Origin: Octopus sinensis
Taxonomy: Eukaryota
Direction: 5' to 3'
Length of the DNA stretch: 64,000 nucleotides
Assembly (NCBI RefSeq): GCF_006345805.1
Contig: NC_042999.1
Span: 30,256,001-30,320,000, forward strand
Of this stretch, positions 15,391-29,160 are shown piece after piece (the stretch's first letter is position 1; the number at the start of each line of letters is the position of its first letter). Position numbers and translations under genes: made by a program. The notes beneath the pieces were generated by a model. That model made no database searches. It was not told the DNA's origin and was given only the letters and a program-made list of their open reading frames with translations.

Positions 15391-15800
15391 TCCTCCTCGT
15401 CTAATGTCCGGTTTTCATGCTAGCATTGGTTGGACGATTTGACTGAGGTCTGGCGAACCAAACTCCAATCTGATCTGGCAGAGTTTCTACAGCTGGATGC
15501 CCTTCCTAACGCTTTTACGTGCCACTGGCACGAGGGCCAGTTAGGTGGTACTAGCAACGGCCACGCTCAAATGGTGCTTTTTATGTGCCAACTTTGCAGG
15601 AGCCAGTCCAGCGGCATTGACAACGACCTCGGTCGAATGTTTTTTTTTCACGTGCCACCAACACAAGTGTTAGTAAGGCGACGCAGGTAACGATCACGCT
15701 CGAATGGTGTTTTTAACGTGCAATCGGCTCGAAGGCCCCCTTGTTGCCCTGGCAACGATCTCACTCGTATGGTACACTTAGCTCTCCACTAGCAACGGAT
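15391..15800. mobile_element. Probable non-autonomous retroelement fragment with internal ~60-bp degenerate subrepeats
   Basis: GC-richer block; recurring acgtgcc..gcaacg..cacgctc.aatggtg units; ggatgcccttccta motif typical of LINE/SINE ends. Confidence 0.5.
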
Positions 15801-17456
15801 GCCAGTCATCGAGTTTATGAGAATTTGTTTGGGCGTTTTAAAAAGCTACTGATTCTCAAAGTGTGTAGCCGTTTTTAAAGTTGGTGATACATTTATTCAA
15901 ATAGCATACCATTTTCGATACATCTTATCTAATCAACATGAAATTAAATCAATATAGGTTTATAACAATTTAAAGTTACAAGGTAATATTTCCAAGAATA
16001 TATTTAAACGAACGAATGTTCAAATGTCAGAAATTTCAATGAGTTTCACAGTGATTGACTGTAATATAAGTGTAAATTTTCGAGGAATATCACAACAAAT
16101 ATTCTTGAGCGAATTTTCACTCATATTGAGAAAGAGGAAAAAGATGGAGAGAAAGAAAAACACTTTGTTTTACAAATTCTGTCGTGGTCCTTGTAGGATT
16201 TATTTTCTCAAAGTCAGTCGAAGTGCACGAACCTCTTTAAATTGTTCGTTTGTTAGAGCTTGAAATGTTTTAATTCCAAACCTTTTAGCACATATATATT
16301 TTTAAGATAAAGGTTGAAAATTTGTTGGGTTGTAATTTTGATGACCTCTTTTGTTTTTCTGTTTTGTTTTCGGGACGCCCAGCGTTCAATGGGAGCTACT
16401 TTTAGTGTATATGCGTGTCGGTGTGTGCGCAGTGAGTCTATATGTCTAAGCATGTAAATGCGTATATAGACGGGTCTTCATATGCGATATTATGCTGAAA
16501 TTTAGCAATCCTTTAAGCCATCTATATCACACAAAACGAGTTACAAATATATTGGCTTAAGATTAGAAATCACAAGCATTTATATCTATACATAATTATA
16601 CTTCAACGCGTATTCTTTAATTATGCGAAGATGACATATAGGTTTTACGTAACTTGTTTTATTGATATAAAACGTAAACATGTTAATCATTTTTAGTTTT
16701 CTCTAATGAATATCAATAATTCATAATGAGACAGATTGTGGCGTCTTTTATATTTACTTGATATAAGGTGGAAGCATTAACGTTGTATATAACATATGTT
16801 GCTATTCGAGTTTCGATTTCTTACTACATTTATAAATAAGTAAATAATTTTAAGAATCACAGATCATGAACAATTTTCATGGTGTATGAATGACATTTAT
16901 ATATTAATACAAACTAATGTGTGTACAATATACTCATGATCTGATTTTTTTTATTTAGCGACCAAAAATGCATAAAATAAACTGCCAACATCCAAAATTC
17001 TCAAAAATGTTAATTATAAGATTACGTCATTAATACATTTGAAATTAATTCATTTCACGTGCCTGTATTTGCATACATATAAATAGATACATTCAGGCAT
17101 TGGTTTATAAGAAACACCATATAATTTCAAATTATCCCTAGAATAATTTCACTGCAATGCAAATAAGTACATTCGAGTATTAGAATATTAATTATTACTT
17201 TTTCAATATATCTGTCAAGTTTGTATTTTGTAAACTGGTAAATTTTGTGCAGTTATCAGGTTTCAGAACTGCAGCTCCATATTACAATGTCTAGACGGAA
17301 CACCTAGCAATAAGCCTTTACTATGTATTATAAACAGAATATGTTATACGGAATATGCATTGTGGCTATTTTGCTTCCAATGAAATCCTGCATATGAGTA
17401 AAATAGCTTCTCTTGACAGTTTTCAGAAATACATTTAGATAATATACGTAAACATA

Positions 17457-17516
<60 letters not shown>

Positions 17517-17601
17517 TACACGACATCAAACAAAAACGTTGAACACAAAGAAACGAAAACGTAAAAACAAAAACATAGAAACGAGGCATGCAACACAAAG
17601 G

Positions 17602-17632
<31 letters not shown>

Positions 17633-17680
17633 CATACGTACATACATACATAATTTGTGTGTATTCGTGTCTGTATGTAG

Positions 17681-17733
<53 letters not shown>

Positions 17734-17863
17734 CGATCGCATATGTTCACTGTATGTATTCTGCGTGTTTGCCAGTCATTCTCCAAGCACTGACCAATAA
17801 AGAAGGTGCGGTCTACAATATTTGGAACAATAGCGGAGCTTTTAATACGTATATTCTATGTGA

Positions 17864-17908
<45 letters not shown>

Positions 17909-18351
17909 GCAGAACCGTTTAACACATTTATTTTTTTGTGATATTTGATATGCTATCAATTTGGCTGATTTAATCTTAAATACTGGAAAATTTGCTCAAT
18001 AGAGAAATTGTTTTTGCATCAAGTCACATGACCCTGTTGTTGACCGAATTAGTTGCAAAAATAGGTGGTTTTAATTGTTTTATCTGTTGTTTGCAACAGA
18101 GTTTGTTCCCAACGCAGGAAAATACCTTACTCCTGTGGAGCGTATCCATTGATATATAAACACGATTCTGTGCCGCTCTTTGTCTTCGCACCAGCCACCA
18201 TTCACCAGACACTAGCTAGTTTCACAACTTTCTGCAACGAGTGTTGCCTCACTTCATCGTTGTAGCAACATACACCAGACCACAACACATTATCAGAACC
18301 AACAGAATTGAAGTCCATTGAATATTTGCTCGCGACTATAGAATTATCATC

Positions 18352-18750
18352 AGGAGTGGCCTAGTGGTAAGTAGCTTGCTTACCAACCTCATGGTTCCGG
18401 GTTCAGTCCCACTGCGTGGCGTCTTGGGCAAGTGTCTTCTACTATAGCCGCGGGCCGACCAAAGCCTTGTGAGTGGATTTGGTAGACGGAAACTGAAAGA
18501 AGCCCGTCGTATATATGTATATATGTATATACGTGTGTGTTTGTGTGTCTGTGTTTGTCTCCCCAGTATTGTTCGAAAACCGATGCTGGTGTGTTTACGT
18601 CCCCGTCACTTAGCGGTTCGGCAAAAGAGACCGATAGCATAAGTACTGGGCTTACAAAGAATAAGTCCTGGGGTCGATTTGCTCGACTAAAGGTGGGGCT
18701 CCAGCATGGCCGCAGTCAAATGACTGAAACAAGTAAAAGAGTAAAAGAGT
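18352..18750 (+). mobile_element. SINE family B, full length (tRNA-derived head, CORE-like cttgggcaagt segment, internal microsatellite, gtaaaaga tail repeats)
   Basis: A box tggcctagtgg and B box ggttcagtccc; co-linear with the inverted copy at 55274-55684. Confidence 0.9.
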
Positions 18751-18966
18751 ATACCCTTTGGCTATTTTCTCTTATTATAACCACAAGAATAACTGGTCGG
18801 TTTTTTCAAATTATGCAAGTTTTTTCGTTCTTCTGTCCACACCACGTCAACCTAATTTGTAAGCTATGAACTCAACTTTGTATTGTAGATTACTTAGATA
18901 TTAAACTTAGATATTCCAGTTTGGGTTTATAGCAATTAATCAAGTAATAATAGCTAGAGAGAGAGA

Positions 18967-20310
18967 ATGGACGGCAAATTTATAAAACAAAAGTTGTTCA
19001 CAGCTGAACCAAGTTAGATTCAAACTTGAAAAGATGGGAAATATTGGTTTAGAACTTTTTTTAGGATTATTTCCTGCCGAACCGCCGATCGATGATGAAT
19101 GCAAGCTTAGTTGTTTAATAGCGCACATACGTCAAGATACATAAGTGACTACGAGAATTACGCAGAAGCAATTCAAACTCTGGAGAGACTATACGTGAAA
19201 TCATTGAACGTTATTTTTGCGAGACAAGCAAACAAAAACCAGTTCAATCAGTTGACGAATATTTACAAAAATTGAAATGACTTGCTAAAGTTTGCGGGAA
19301 CAGATAAGTAGATACTGAGACTCACAAATATGAAGCTGTACGTGATCCATTTATCTCTGGATTAACGTCATCGCCAACTCGATTTAGACTTGTCCAAGAA
19401 GCAATATCTAACCAAGCTCTCACGCTGAAAGTTGGTCAAATGAATTCCGAAGTGTATATTAGCAGTCGGATGACTATAAACACAAAGGGGGAGGGGGCTG
19501 TTTGTCAATGTTTATTCCACGTTAAGAAGTCAAAATCTCAATTCCTAAAGGAAGCACATCTTGTGCAGTGGAAAAACAAACTCAAAAATCCTGCACCATT
19601 TGCAGATCTATTGATTTTGATCCGAAGTTTAAATGTGTGTTGATTATAGTGTATTGACTGTGTATTGATTATAGTGAGACTGTAAATAAGTTTACACAAT
19701 TAATATGCATATTATGGTCCCCAAAATAGCGAAGTTTAATTATTTTAGCACACAGGATCTCAAAAGTGTGTATCCTCAATTTGAGATTCCAATTGAACCT
19801 CGACCTTACACGGCTTTCCAAGCACAGGGAACGTTGTATGAAAGCAAACATATTGCTTTCGGACTAACAAAAATGCCGTGACATGTTTCCAGAGAGTGAT
19901 CGATAATATAATCGAGAGCCATCATTTTAGAGCTGCTTTTTCATATATCAACAACACAACTTTTTGTTGTAAACTGAAGGAAGAACATGATCAAAATTTA
20001 ATATGGAATTCCACTAAATTGGCCCTACGTAGTAGAAATTTACCAGTCGCTCAGTAGGAAGAATTGGTTCCAGAAGTTTTACATTCGCAAAGTTCATTAT
20101 TATGCACGGCAACTAATGAGACCCCCGCATGAGAGATTCTTTAAATTTCCTAGACGTTCTATATGTGGTGTTTCCGTTCCTACATGGTTAATGCAATGTT
20201 CCCAATAAGTATGGTCCGTTAGTAGTAGATGTAGCCGAATTGGATCAAATTAGCCCTAACTTCGGGAAACTGTAGTATCCAGGTGGGCGTGAAAGTTCTA
20301 TGTCCATTAG
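18967..20310 (+). mobile_element. Decayed, internally deleted Ty3/Gypsy LTR-retrotransposon internal region (gag, RT, integrase C-terminus)
   Basis: By-eye translations: gag KYWFRTF..ENYAEAIQTLERLYVK..VRDPFISGL; RT FSTQDLKSVY..PYTAFQA..NAVTCFQRVID..YINN..EEHDQNL (19741-20000); integrase end SVPTWLM..KYGPLV..YPGGRESSMSIR; many stops and frameshifts; no LTR found. Confidence 0.8.
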
Positions 20311-21035
20311 AGTCAAGTGCATGAAGACAGTGGTGGTTTTTCAGATACACAATCTCAAGAACCAGAACCTCAAAGTACTTTGCCCTGGCGTTCGTCCGAG
20401 AACAAAAAACCTTAAATTTATGATTGATGATGTGTTACACTTAAGAAATACCTCATTATTACGTTGCTATGTTGGTTCCTCGTTATGTCTCTATTTTGCA
20501 TTTTGTTGGTTGATTGTTCTATTTTTTTATGGAGAATATTTGGATTTTAGTTTTGATCATGTGACTTTGATTGCCTCGATTACTCTTATTTGGCTGCAGT
20601 GCAACTTCGCAGACTTCCTTTCTCTTTACGGTACAACGATGTTAATTTTAGTTAGTCGAGACTGTAGCAATTCGCTGTATAAAACTGTTATTGCGTTGAA
20701 GTTTAGTTTTGCTTACAATTTAACAATTTTTGTTCGTATTGTAGATTACTGTAATTTTTATTGAAACCTTTTAAACTTTGATTTTCCAGTTTGAGCTTAT
20801 AGCAATAATACTTGTCTCTCTTCTAACTGTATTTTATCAATAACACTAGTTACATTTACGTACGTTGAAGTATGTACATACGCGCTCATTCTATGGCCTT
20901 TGCCAAACTATGCGTAAACAAGACTACAAATATATATTTTTTCTATTATATGCATTCAATAGTTTCTAAACTTCCGAGACTTTTTGAGAGTAAATTAAGT
21001 CATATCTGCCTCAATATTTTAACATCCATTAAGTA

Positions 21036-21200
21036 AGGCGGTGAACTGTCAGAATCATTATAACGCCGGGGAATATGCTTAGTGGCATTTCCTTCGCCTT
21101 TATATTCTAAGTTGACATTCAGCCGTGGTTGACTTCACCTTTTATCCTTTCGGAAAAAAAGATCGTTATCAATACTGGAGTTGAAACAATCGATTGTCCT
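21036..21200 (+). mobile_element. SINE family A, degenerate
   Basis: aaggcggtgaactg.cagaatc..atgcttagtggcatttc..ttttatcctttcgg. Confidence 0.7.
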
Positions 21201-24200
21201 ACTCCTCCGAACTTGCAAGCCTAGAATAGAAATTTTAAACCAATACTTCAGCATAAATTACATACAAAGGCTCACAATACTCAATTTGATTAAAATCCTT
21301 ACTTGATATAGCGAAGCCATATTTGTTTTACTATTCCTGTATTTGCGTCGTATATCGTTCTTCCTTTATTGCCTCTTTAGCATCTACTGTGGTTTCACAA
21401 ATTTTGGTTCTTCTTACACCATTTATAGATCATTGTATGTCTGAATAATTACTTTGATAGTTTCATTCTCGAATTTAGACTTTCTTCAATGCCAATTTTG
21501 TTGGTATATAATTAAATAAATCCTACATATGTTTGTTAATAGCAACACGTTTCAGATATATGCAACCTTTATGTATTTTAATGTCCAAAAATATCATCCC
21601 AAATATCTGTTTGCGCTTCTTTCTCTCACATATATATCTAATATGTAATTTAACTATTCTCTACAAGTAGATAGGAATCAAATCTCAGTGGTTGGAAAAT
21701 GAATCAAGACTGTCAATATTTCATGTTGTACGAATGTATGACCAAACAAGCTTTAATTACAGTAGAATCTGTCCATGCCGATAATTCCAAGAATCCTAAT
21801 AACCTCTTAGCTTTTCATTTAGCATAATTGTCCATGAAATTATTTGAGGTACTTCTACGAATGTGACGTCCAACTGTAAACATGTTATTCCGTATTAGTT
21901 TTCATTAGTGATGTTTGTTGGCAAATACGTGGGCTCAACTGTTGGCTAGTTATAAACGGTTAATCGGTCATGAAACAAGTTTGGTTCAAAATAAGTCATG
22001 ACTGTGAAGCTTAATTTTGTATTTCCTACGATGAGTCTTTATTGCTTTCATTTTGAAAATCTAGTCGTTGGTGGGATTAACAATCCGTTCATTATCTCTG
22101 TTAGGTATGACTTAACAGCGTAGTGCGTTCTTTGCCTTCTCTGGTATGCTTCCATAGGAATAGGCATATCGTTTGGAATAAAAACGTTGTTCCTCCTACT
22201 CCATAGCTCAACCTTACAAGGTTTCAAGGTGGCAAGCCGATTTGGATATGCCTACACTCGCATATATGTGTGTGCATGGTGTGTGTGCGCACGCGTGTGT
22301 GTTTCTACGTGTGTGTTGTGAAATATTATATAACGCTAAAATATGAAGAATAAAACATATATATATATATCCTTATACATATAATCTTGTTTTTCATTAC
22401 GCGAAAAAATTGTAGTTTGTAATGATTTTAACGCCTTCTTATCATATCAACTTTCATTAAATGCTAATTAGATAGATTGATATAGAATCGGTAAAGGACT
22501 TTATAAACCTGTCATGGATGACAATATAGTTCACATTTAAGCATTGGTCCTGATTTCTTCATATGATTGGCGAAATAACACTTTGAAGAATATCGGAATT
22601 ATAGAAACACTGACTATGACTGCTTTCTTAATTTACTCAATTACTGACATCATAAATTTCTTTTGTCAAATGTAGGGTCGCTATTCTGCCTCCGAATTCC
22701 TCCTTTTGAAAATATCTATGATATATTGTTCATATAAAATAATATGTAAAACATCTTAGATGTTCATTAGCATACATATATTTGAGAACAATATGAAGGT
22801 TATGCAAATATATCGACAGTTACAAATGCACTGTTTTTGTTATATTTGAAAAGGTCAGCGCTTACCTAGCAATGACTATTTTATTCAGGTGACTGCGATG
22901 TCCAAAATTATCTATCGTTTACTGCTATTCATTTGCCTAATCTATTTAAAAGAAGCAATTTAGCTATTTCACTATAAAGTATGATACTATATTTACAAAT
23001 TCAATCCTGCATGAATTTATGTAACACTTATTGTTAGTATATTTTACTTTCGCTCATTTGCACATATAACGCTGAATAAAACCAAGTTCTATGAAATGTT
23101 CGAAGTAATTTTCATAAACTCATTAAGAGTAATTCCCTAACGAATTAAATTTACGTGTACAACATACACGAATTAAAATATATATATATACTAGAAGTTC
23201 CTACGAGCAATTATATCAAGGTAAATTGAAAGAAAATATAAAAATAAATAAAACAAAAGAAATCCATTTTCAATATTAATGCAATGATATAACATCTAGT
23301 GGGAATTCTACTGAAACATATACTGTACATTTTATATGATTCCTTGTATCGAAAGATTATTGGTATCCAGCCTTTAGTTACTATTATATATATGCATCCT
23401 GAAGATAGCATTCCAAAATATACCTTCAGTTATGTTAAATGGCACATCAAAAAGATACTTATTTATTTTAAAAGGCTATGGGCTGTTAGTGATTACTTTT
23501 TATTGGAGAAATTTTCAGATATCAGTTACGTTTAACTAAGTGGTTAGGTTGCAAAGTTTGTTGTGTTTTGGATTGGTGTGACCTCCTATAATCATCCCAT
23601 TTCTCGGCATTTTGTTTGCAATATATGTTAAAATCTTTCAAGTATCGACGAAATAATTATTCTCTATTATGCATCATTACATATCGATTACTCATTCTCT
23701 CACGGGCAAATTGGTTGCATTACCACATAAGGAAGCAGAGGTACGAGTAAGATAAAATTCCAAAAATCTGTTACATATAATGGCGTCATACGTGACCTAC
23801 TGTAAGAAGTGCATCGTAAAAGTTTACTAAAGAAACATAACACATCACGAAATTTTAAATGCTACAAAACATCAGAACCTGCTGGAAATTCATTTTTGTA
23901 GCAAAAATATCTAGAGAGTATTGCATAATTTGAATGATTTATCAATGTATACGACAATCCAAGTTTATGATTTAGGCCTTTTGTTCTGATAAATCGTTAT
24001 CACTAAATGTCGTCCATTCAATATGCAACCTACCTGTATTAAAATGCAAATATTACTAATAATTTGAAATGGTTTATGATTTTACTTTCCTCCATAAATG
24101 TCAAATCGCATTGCTCTATGTATTTGATGGTTATACAAATGTGGATATTATGTCAGATATGGAGTAAAACTTTTCTGACAAATGAAATTGAATTTTTGAA

Positions 24201-24622
24201 TGTGTGCATCAAGTAAATTTGAACATATTACTCTCGATAAGTGTAAGTACTTACATGAGAAATATATAAGTAGATGTAATCTGGTGAATGAAATATACAA
24301 AATATATCAATGTAATAAAAGAAGTATGATGATGAGAAATATTAATCCAGAAAGAACTTCTAAACGAGAGAATACAGACCAAGATAAGGCTTGCCAAATG
24401 TATGAAACAATGTGAAACATAACAATGTAGGAATTGCGGACATTAACATATAAAGCCACTCATGAAAATAAAAAAACATTTCAAAAGTATATATAAAGTA
24501 CAGTACATAAATATATAAAAACAGGTGAGTTACAAATTCGTAAATGGAAACAGTAATATATAGATATCAATACGCATATCCATGTACGTATGTGTTTACG
24601 AATGTATGCACACATACATGCT

Positions 24623-24714
<92 letters not shown>

Positions 24715-25084
24715 TAGAGATGTTTGCGTATGTGTGTGTGTGAATGTATGTATGCAATTTACTCATCCGTTATGGAAGATGAAGGGTACGTATTTTTAAT
24801 GCATACAATATATAGTGATGAGATACTCATAGTTTCATATACTGGAGATATTTTCTAGGCAGGTATAAGTAAAACGCTTAATGCCTCTAAGCAATCTGCC
24901 ACTTCTGATCACGTGGCCTACAAAGATGCAACTCAGGATAATAGAAGAACAAACCCCACCAAAATTATTTGGAGTATAGTTGCAAAATATGGATGGGTGA
25001 AAATAAAACAACGGAAAAAGAAAGGTAGAAGAAAGAGAATTATAGGTAGTGCACACATAACATAAACTTAAATACATATACTAA

Positions 25085-26100
25085 ACAGACTGACACAAAA
25101 ATATATTCACCCATGCCTCAGGCCTATCTCTGACCTTCTGTGTGTCAGTCGTCACAAAATTGAATGCATACTGACGGACACATACACCTTTACATACACT
25201 CACATACATATACTTCTCAGTCATTGGCCTAGCATACGACACGTACGCACACGCACACACACGCAAATACACATACGCAGTCATATCAAAATGTGACGTG
25301 GTATTTGTGGTTTTGGTGTTGGTAGAGGTGGTTGTGTTAGTGATGTTGATAGTGCTGGCGGTTGTATAAAATGTGATTTACAATACTTGACTTATAGAAA
25401 GATTATAATATAAAATTTTTGTAATGCAAATATGTAATGGAAAATAAATTGCATTTGGTAACCGAAAGATTACCAAATCTTTTGATATCCATATGTCAAA
25501 ATCAGCAACTAAATATACGAATGCATGAGGACACACTAAAAGACATATACATATGTATGTGTAGCTGTGTGTGCCTGTGTCCATGTGTTTAACTGTCTGA
25601 GGTCTAACATGTAGAAATTATCACACATACATTTTGACATACACTTACATACACATACTAAGACAAACTCACACAGTCATACATTCCCGCTCACCTCAGA
25701 CCTAAATCTGTCATTCTATGTGTCACTCCCTGCGTTTAGATGTGTATATGTTTGTGTGTGTTTCAGTCGTCACAAAAATGTATGAATACTGACACACACA
25801 TCTCACATACAGTCACACACAAATACTTTTCATTCATCGGCCTAACGTACGTAACGAACGTCGCATAGAGGATGTGACGCTGTTGACGTCGTTGTCGTCG
25901 TATACAAATTTTTCATGAACGATGACTTATAGAATTCTTATAATGTCAGATTTTTGTAATGCAGATATGGAATTGTAAAGTTATTTTATTTGGTAACTGC
26001 AACATTACTGAATCTTGTGATACCCTATACGTCAAAATCCGCAACAAAGTTTACGAATGTATAAGGAACACAAGCACACATGCACACGCACAGACACATA
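25085..26100. repeat. Old tandem duplication, two diverged ~0.5-kb units
   Basis: cagtcgtcacaaaa at 25146 and 25764; gacttataga, tttttgtaatgca, tttggtaac and gtcaaaatc recur in the same order. Confidence 0.8.
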
Positions 26101-26149
26101 TACTCACACACACACATAAAATCTGTTTTATATATATACACACACGCAT

Positions 26150-26214
<65 letters not shown>

Positions 26215-26499
26215 AGAAGGGATGGTATTATTACAATATCGTGACGTGTGGGATGCGATTGATCAGCGGTAGAAGCAAATTTATAAAATATATACATACA
26301 AAATATGTGTACAGAAGTATCTTTTTCTACTCATGAAATTGTTGTCGTTCTTTTATCGTTCGTCTTCTTCTGGACTATGATCCAAGTGTAAAACAGCCAC
26401 TCTTTCATTCTCTGTGTGTCTTACGAATCGTTTTGTGTGTGTTACGTCCACGCATTGTTCTTCTTGTCTTTTTCACCGTTTTTTTCTTTCAACTACCTA

Positions 26500-26575
<76 letters not shown>

Positions 26576-27613
26576 ATATGTAGATAGACAGACAGCTATA
26601 TACATAGCTGGATACAAACATATATACATACATACATACATACATATATACATGCATACATGCATACATACATAATGATAAACATATAGATATGGTGTCG
26701 GTTGACATGAGCGGAATTTGATGTACATTTTTCAGTTTTCCATTGAAGTAATGGGAATTAAAGCTATAATGTAACTTCGAATCCACAATTTATATGTAAA
26801 AAGACGGTGAAGAGAAAGTGCAATATATAATTGCTGCATTGTTTTCATCGATTCCATTGCTATATTTCAACATACTGGCACATTCGTGTTTCAAATTACC
26901 ACAATTTTCCCAATCTGTCCAAAATTGTTAAAAGTGATGGCTATTACATCGTAGTTTCCCTGTCTAGTCTCAAATCATTCATTTTTTTTAAATTAAAGAG
27001 TGTGTTTCGGAATCTTTGATTAAGTGATTTCATACATAAAAAAATATGAACTCCATTTTGTGAAATTACCAGTCTCTCTTTTGCTGAAAATATACAAGAA
27101 ATAACTATTTCTATAAAATGAAAAGAAATATCGAATTACGTGGAGACGAAGAAAGTGGTTATCATAATATAATTTTGAATTGAAATAAATTTGAATATAT
27201 GTTTACTTGGCATTAATTTAAAAAAAGGTATGTGGCAAAAGACAGACCGTTTCGACCTGAATAATGATATAATGCTAAGCTGATATTTATAAATCTGTTC
27301 CGAAAATTGCGTGTACATAATAATAAGTATTAGTGCGCTAATTAACTTCAAATATTTGGTAATATGTACGAAAAGAAATTATGGTTTGTTTATGTTACTT
27401 AGGTTTCAGTCTTAGATACTTAGATTAACATATACGGGATGTAATGAAAAACAACCAATTTCCAACATCAAGAACTGTACATATACATATATGCCTGTCT
27501 ACTTACGAATATACATATTTATACATGTATCTATCTATCTCCCTCTCTCTCTATATATAAACATATATAACCATACATACACACACACACACAGACACAC
27601 ACACACATATATA

Positions 27614-27681
<68 letters not shown>

Positions 27682-28139
27682 TGTGTGTGTGTGTGTATAG
27701 CATGTTACGACATGATTGACGAGAACGTATGTTGCTACGTATCGCTGGTCAGAAAGAGTTTTGCGTACTTATAACATTTGAATAATGCCACCCCAGTCAC
27801 AAGAAAAGTCGGTCGAAATTTGCCTGACCAGAAGGATAGTCAGTCGAAGTATTACCCATTTCTAGCTGCGTGGATTTGATCAACGGGAAACGTCATGTTT
27901 CACACAAGAACGCAATGCGCAGCCTGTTTCGGAATAGAAACTGGCAAGGAAGAATATAGAACCAACAATAAAATATATTAACAAGCCATGAAGATATGGT
28001 AATTATTTAGCTCCAAACACAAGAGGAAGACACGAATTAAAATAATCCCATTAGAATAGAAGTATTTCAAGGAGAATTTCTCTCTCCTCTTATTTTCTTT
28101 ATGGCAATCGATCCTCAACCATCTTTTCTGTGTGGATGA

Positions 28140-28215
28140 TCTATAAAGGTGCGCTGACATTCTGACATCTATAAAGGTTCGCTGATATTCGTATGCTGAA
28201 TATAAAGGTGTGATG
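28140..28215. repeat. Three diverged ~30-bp units starting TATAAAGGT
   Basis: ctataaaggtgcgctga / ctataaaggttcgctga / tataaaggtgtga. Confidence 0.7.
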
Positions 28216-28309
28216 TGATAACGGTGAAATATTGAATGCACTAAGTTCAATCAATTTTATTACTAACTTATTTTCATTAGTTAGACTGACAACTCTCTGT
28301 TCAAAGAAT

Positions 28310-29160
28310 ACGTTAACTATTTTGTAGCGATTTCTATGGAAAATGGTCAAAAGTTGAAATCGGGATTTTATCCTGTACCTGCAGAAAAACTGGATGACAG
28401 ACATATCGACTATAAATCATATACTTTGAGAGCTTTGAGAATAATTTGTACGTTGAATTTAGTATGCTAAAGATTTCTTATTTCTTTATTGCCCACAAGG
28501 GGCTAAACATAGAGGTGACAATCAAGGACAAACAAAGGGATTAAGTCGAATGCATCGACCCCAGTGCGCAACTGGTACTTAATTTATCGACCCCGAAGGG
28601 ATGAGATTCGAAGTCCACCTCGGTGGAATTTGAACTCAGAACGTATGCTAAAGATTTCTGTATGGTAGGCACCGTGTCTTCTGACACTTAACCAAATTTT
28701 ACCAGGCTGAGCATATCACGTGAAGATTGAACGTTATTGTGACGGATCCTGTTGGCTTCCTTTCACGTTTCCTAAACCAGTATGAATGTTGTGTTCATCA
28801 TCTTGAGCTCGAAACAGAGACACAATCCATACAGTGGGAACGCCCTTCCTCGGCTGCTCTAAATAAGGCCAAGGTCATTTCATCAAAAGGGCATGTAATG
28901 GTCTAAGTTTTCTTGGATAGAAAGAACTTCGAGCGTATTTATTTTCTTTAAACGGGCTATGCCATGAATGGAGAGCACTACGTAAACTTGTTCTTGTGAA
29001 AGGCTATCGAAACAAAACGCACATGGAAAGTGGTGATCAATGTTTTGTTTCTTCAGGATAATGATCAAGCACACAAATCTTTGGATTCAATGGCTACTGT
29101 GCACCTGGCTTTGAACTAGTTGATCCCCCTTCCTATCCTCATGATTTGGTGCCATCTGTC
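28310..29160 (+). mobile_element. Decayed mariner transposase relic, interrupted by a SINE
   Basis: After removing the SINE: FSMLKISVW*APCLLT (WVPxLL-like)..CVHHLELET..QSIQW..KGHVMV*VFLD..NGEHY..VLFLQDNDQAHKS..PSYPHDLVPS (YSPDLAPS-like). Confidence 0.8.
28479..28642 (-). mobile_element. SINE family A, 5'-truncated, with target-site duplication
   Basis: GTATGCTAAAGATTTCT at 28462-28478 and 28643-28659. Confidence 0.92.

Noticed and set aside
18352-18420. tRNA gene at SINE heads
   Set aside because: A/B boxes are present but continue into SINE bodies; no cloverleaf could be built
26330-26385. Minus-strand CAGAAGA HHR-like remnant
   Set aside because: GAAA and stems too decayed to support
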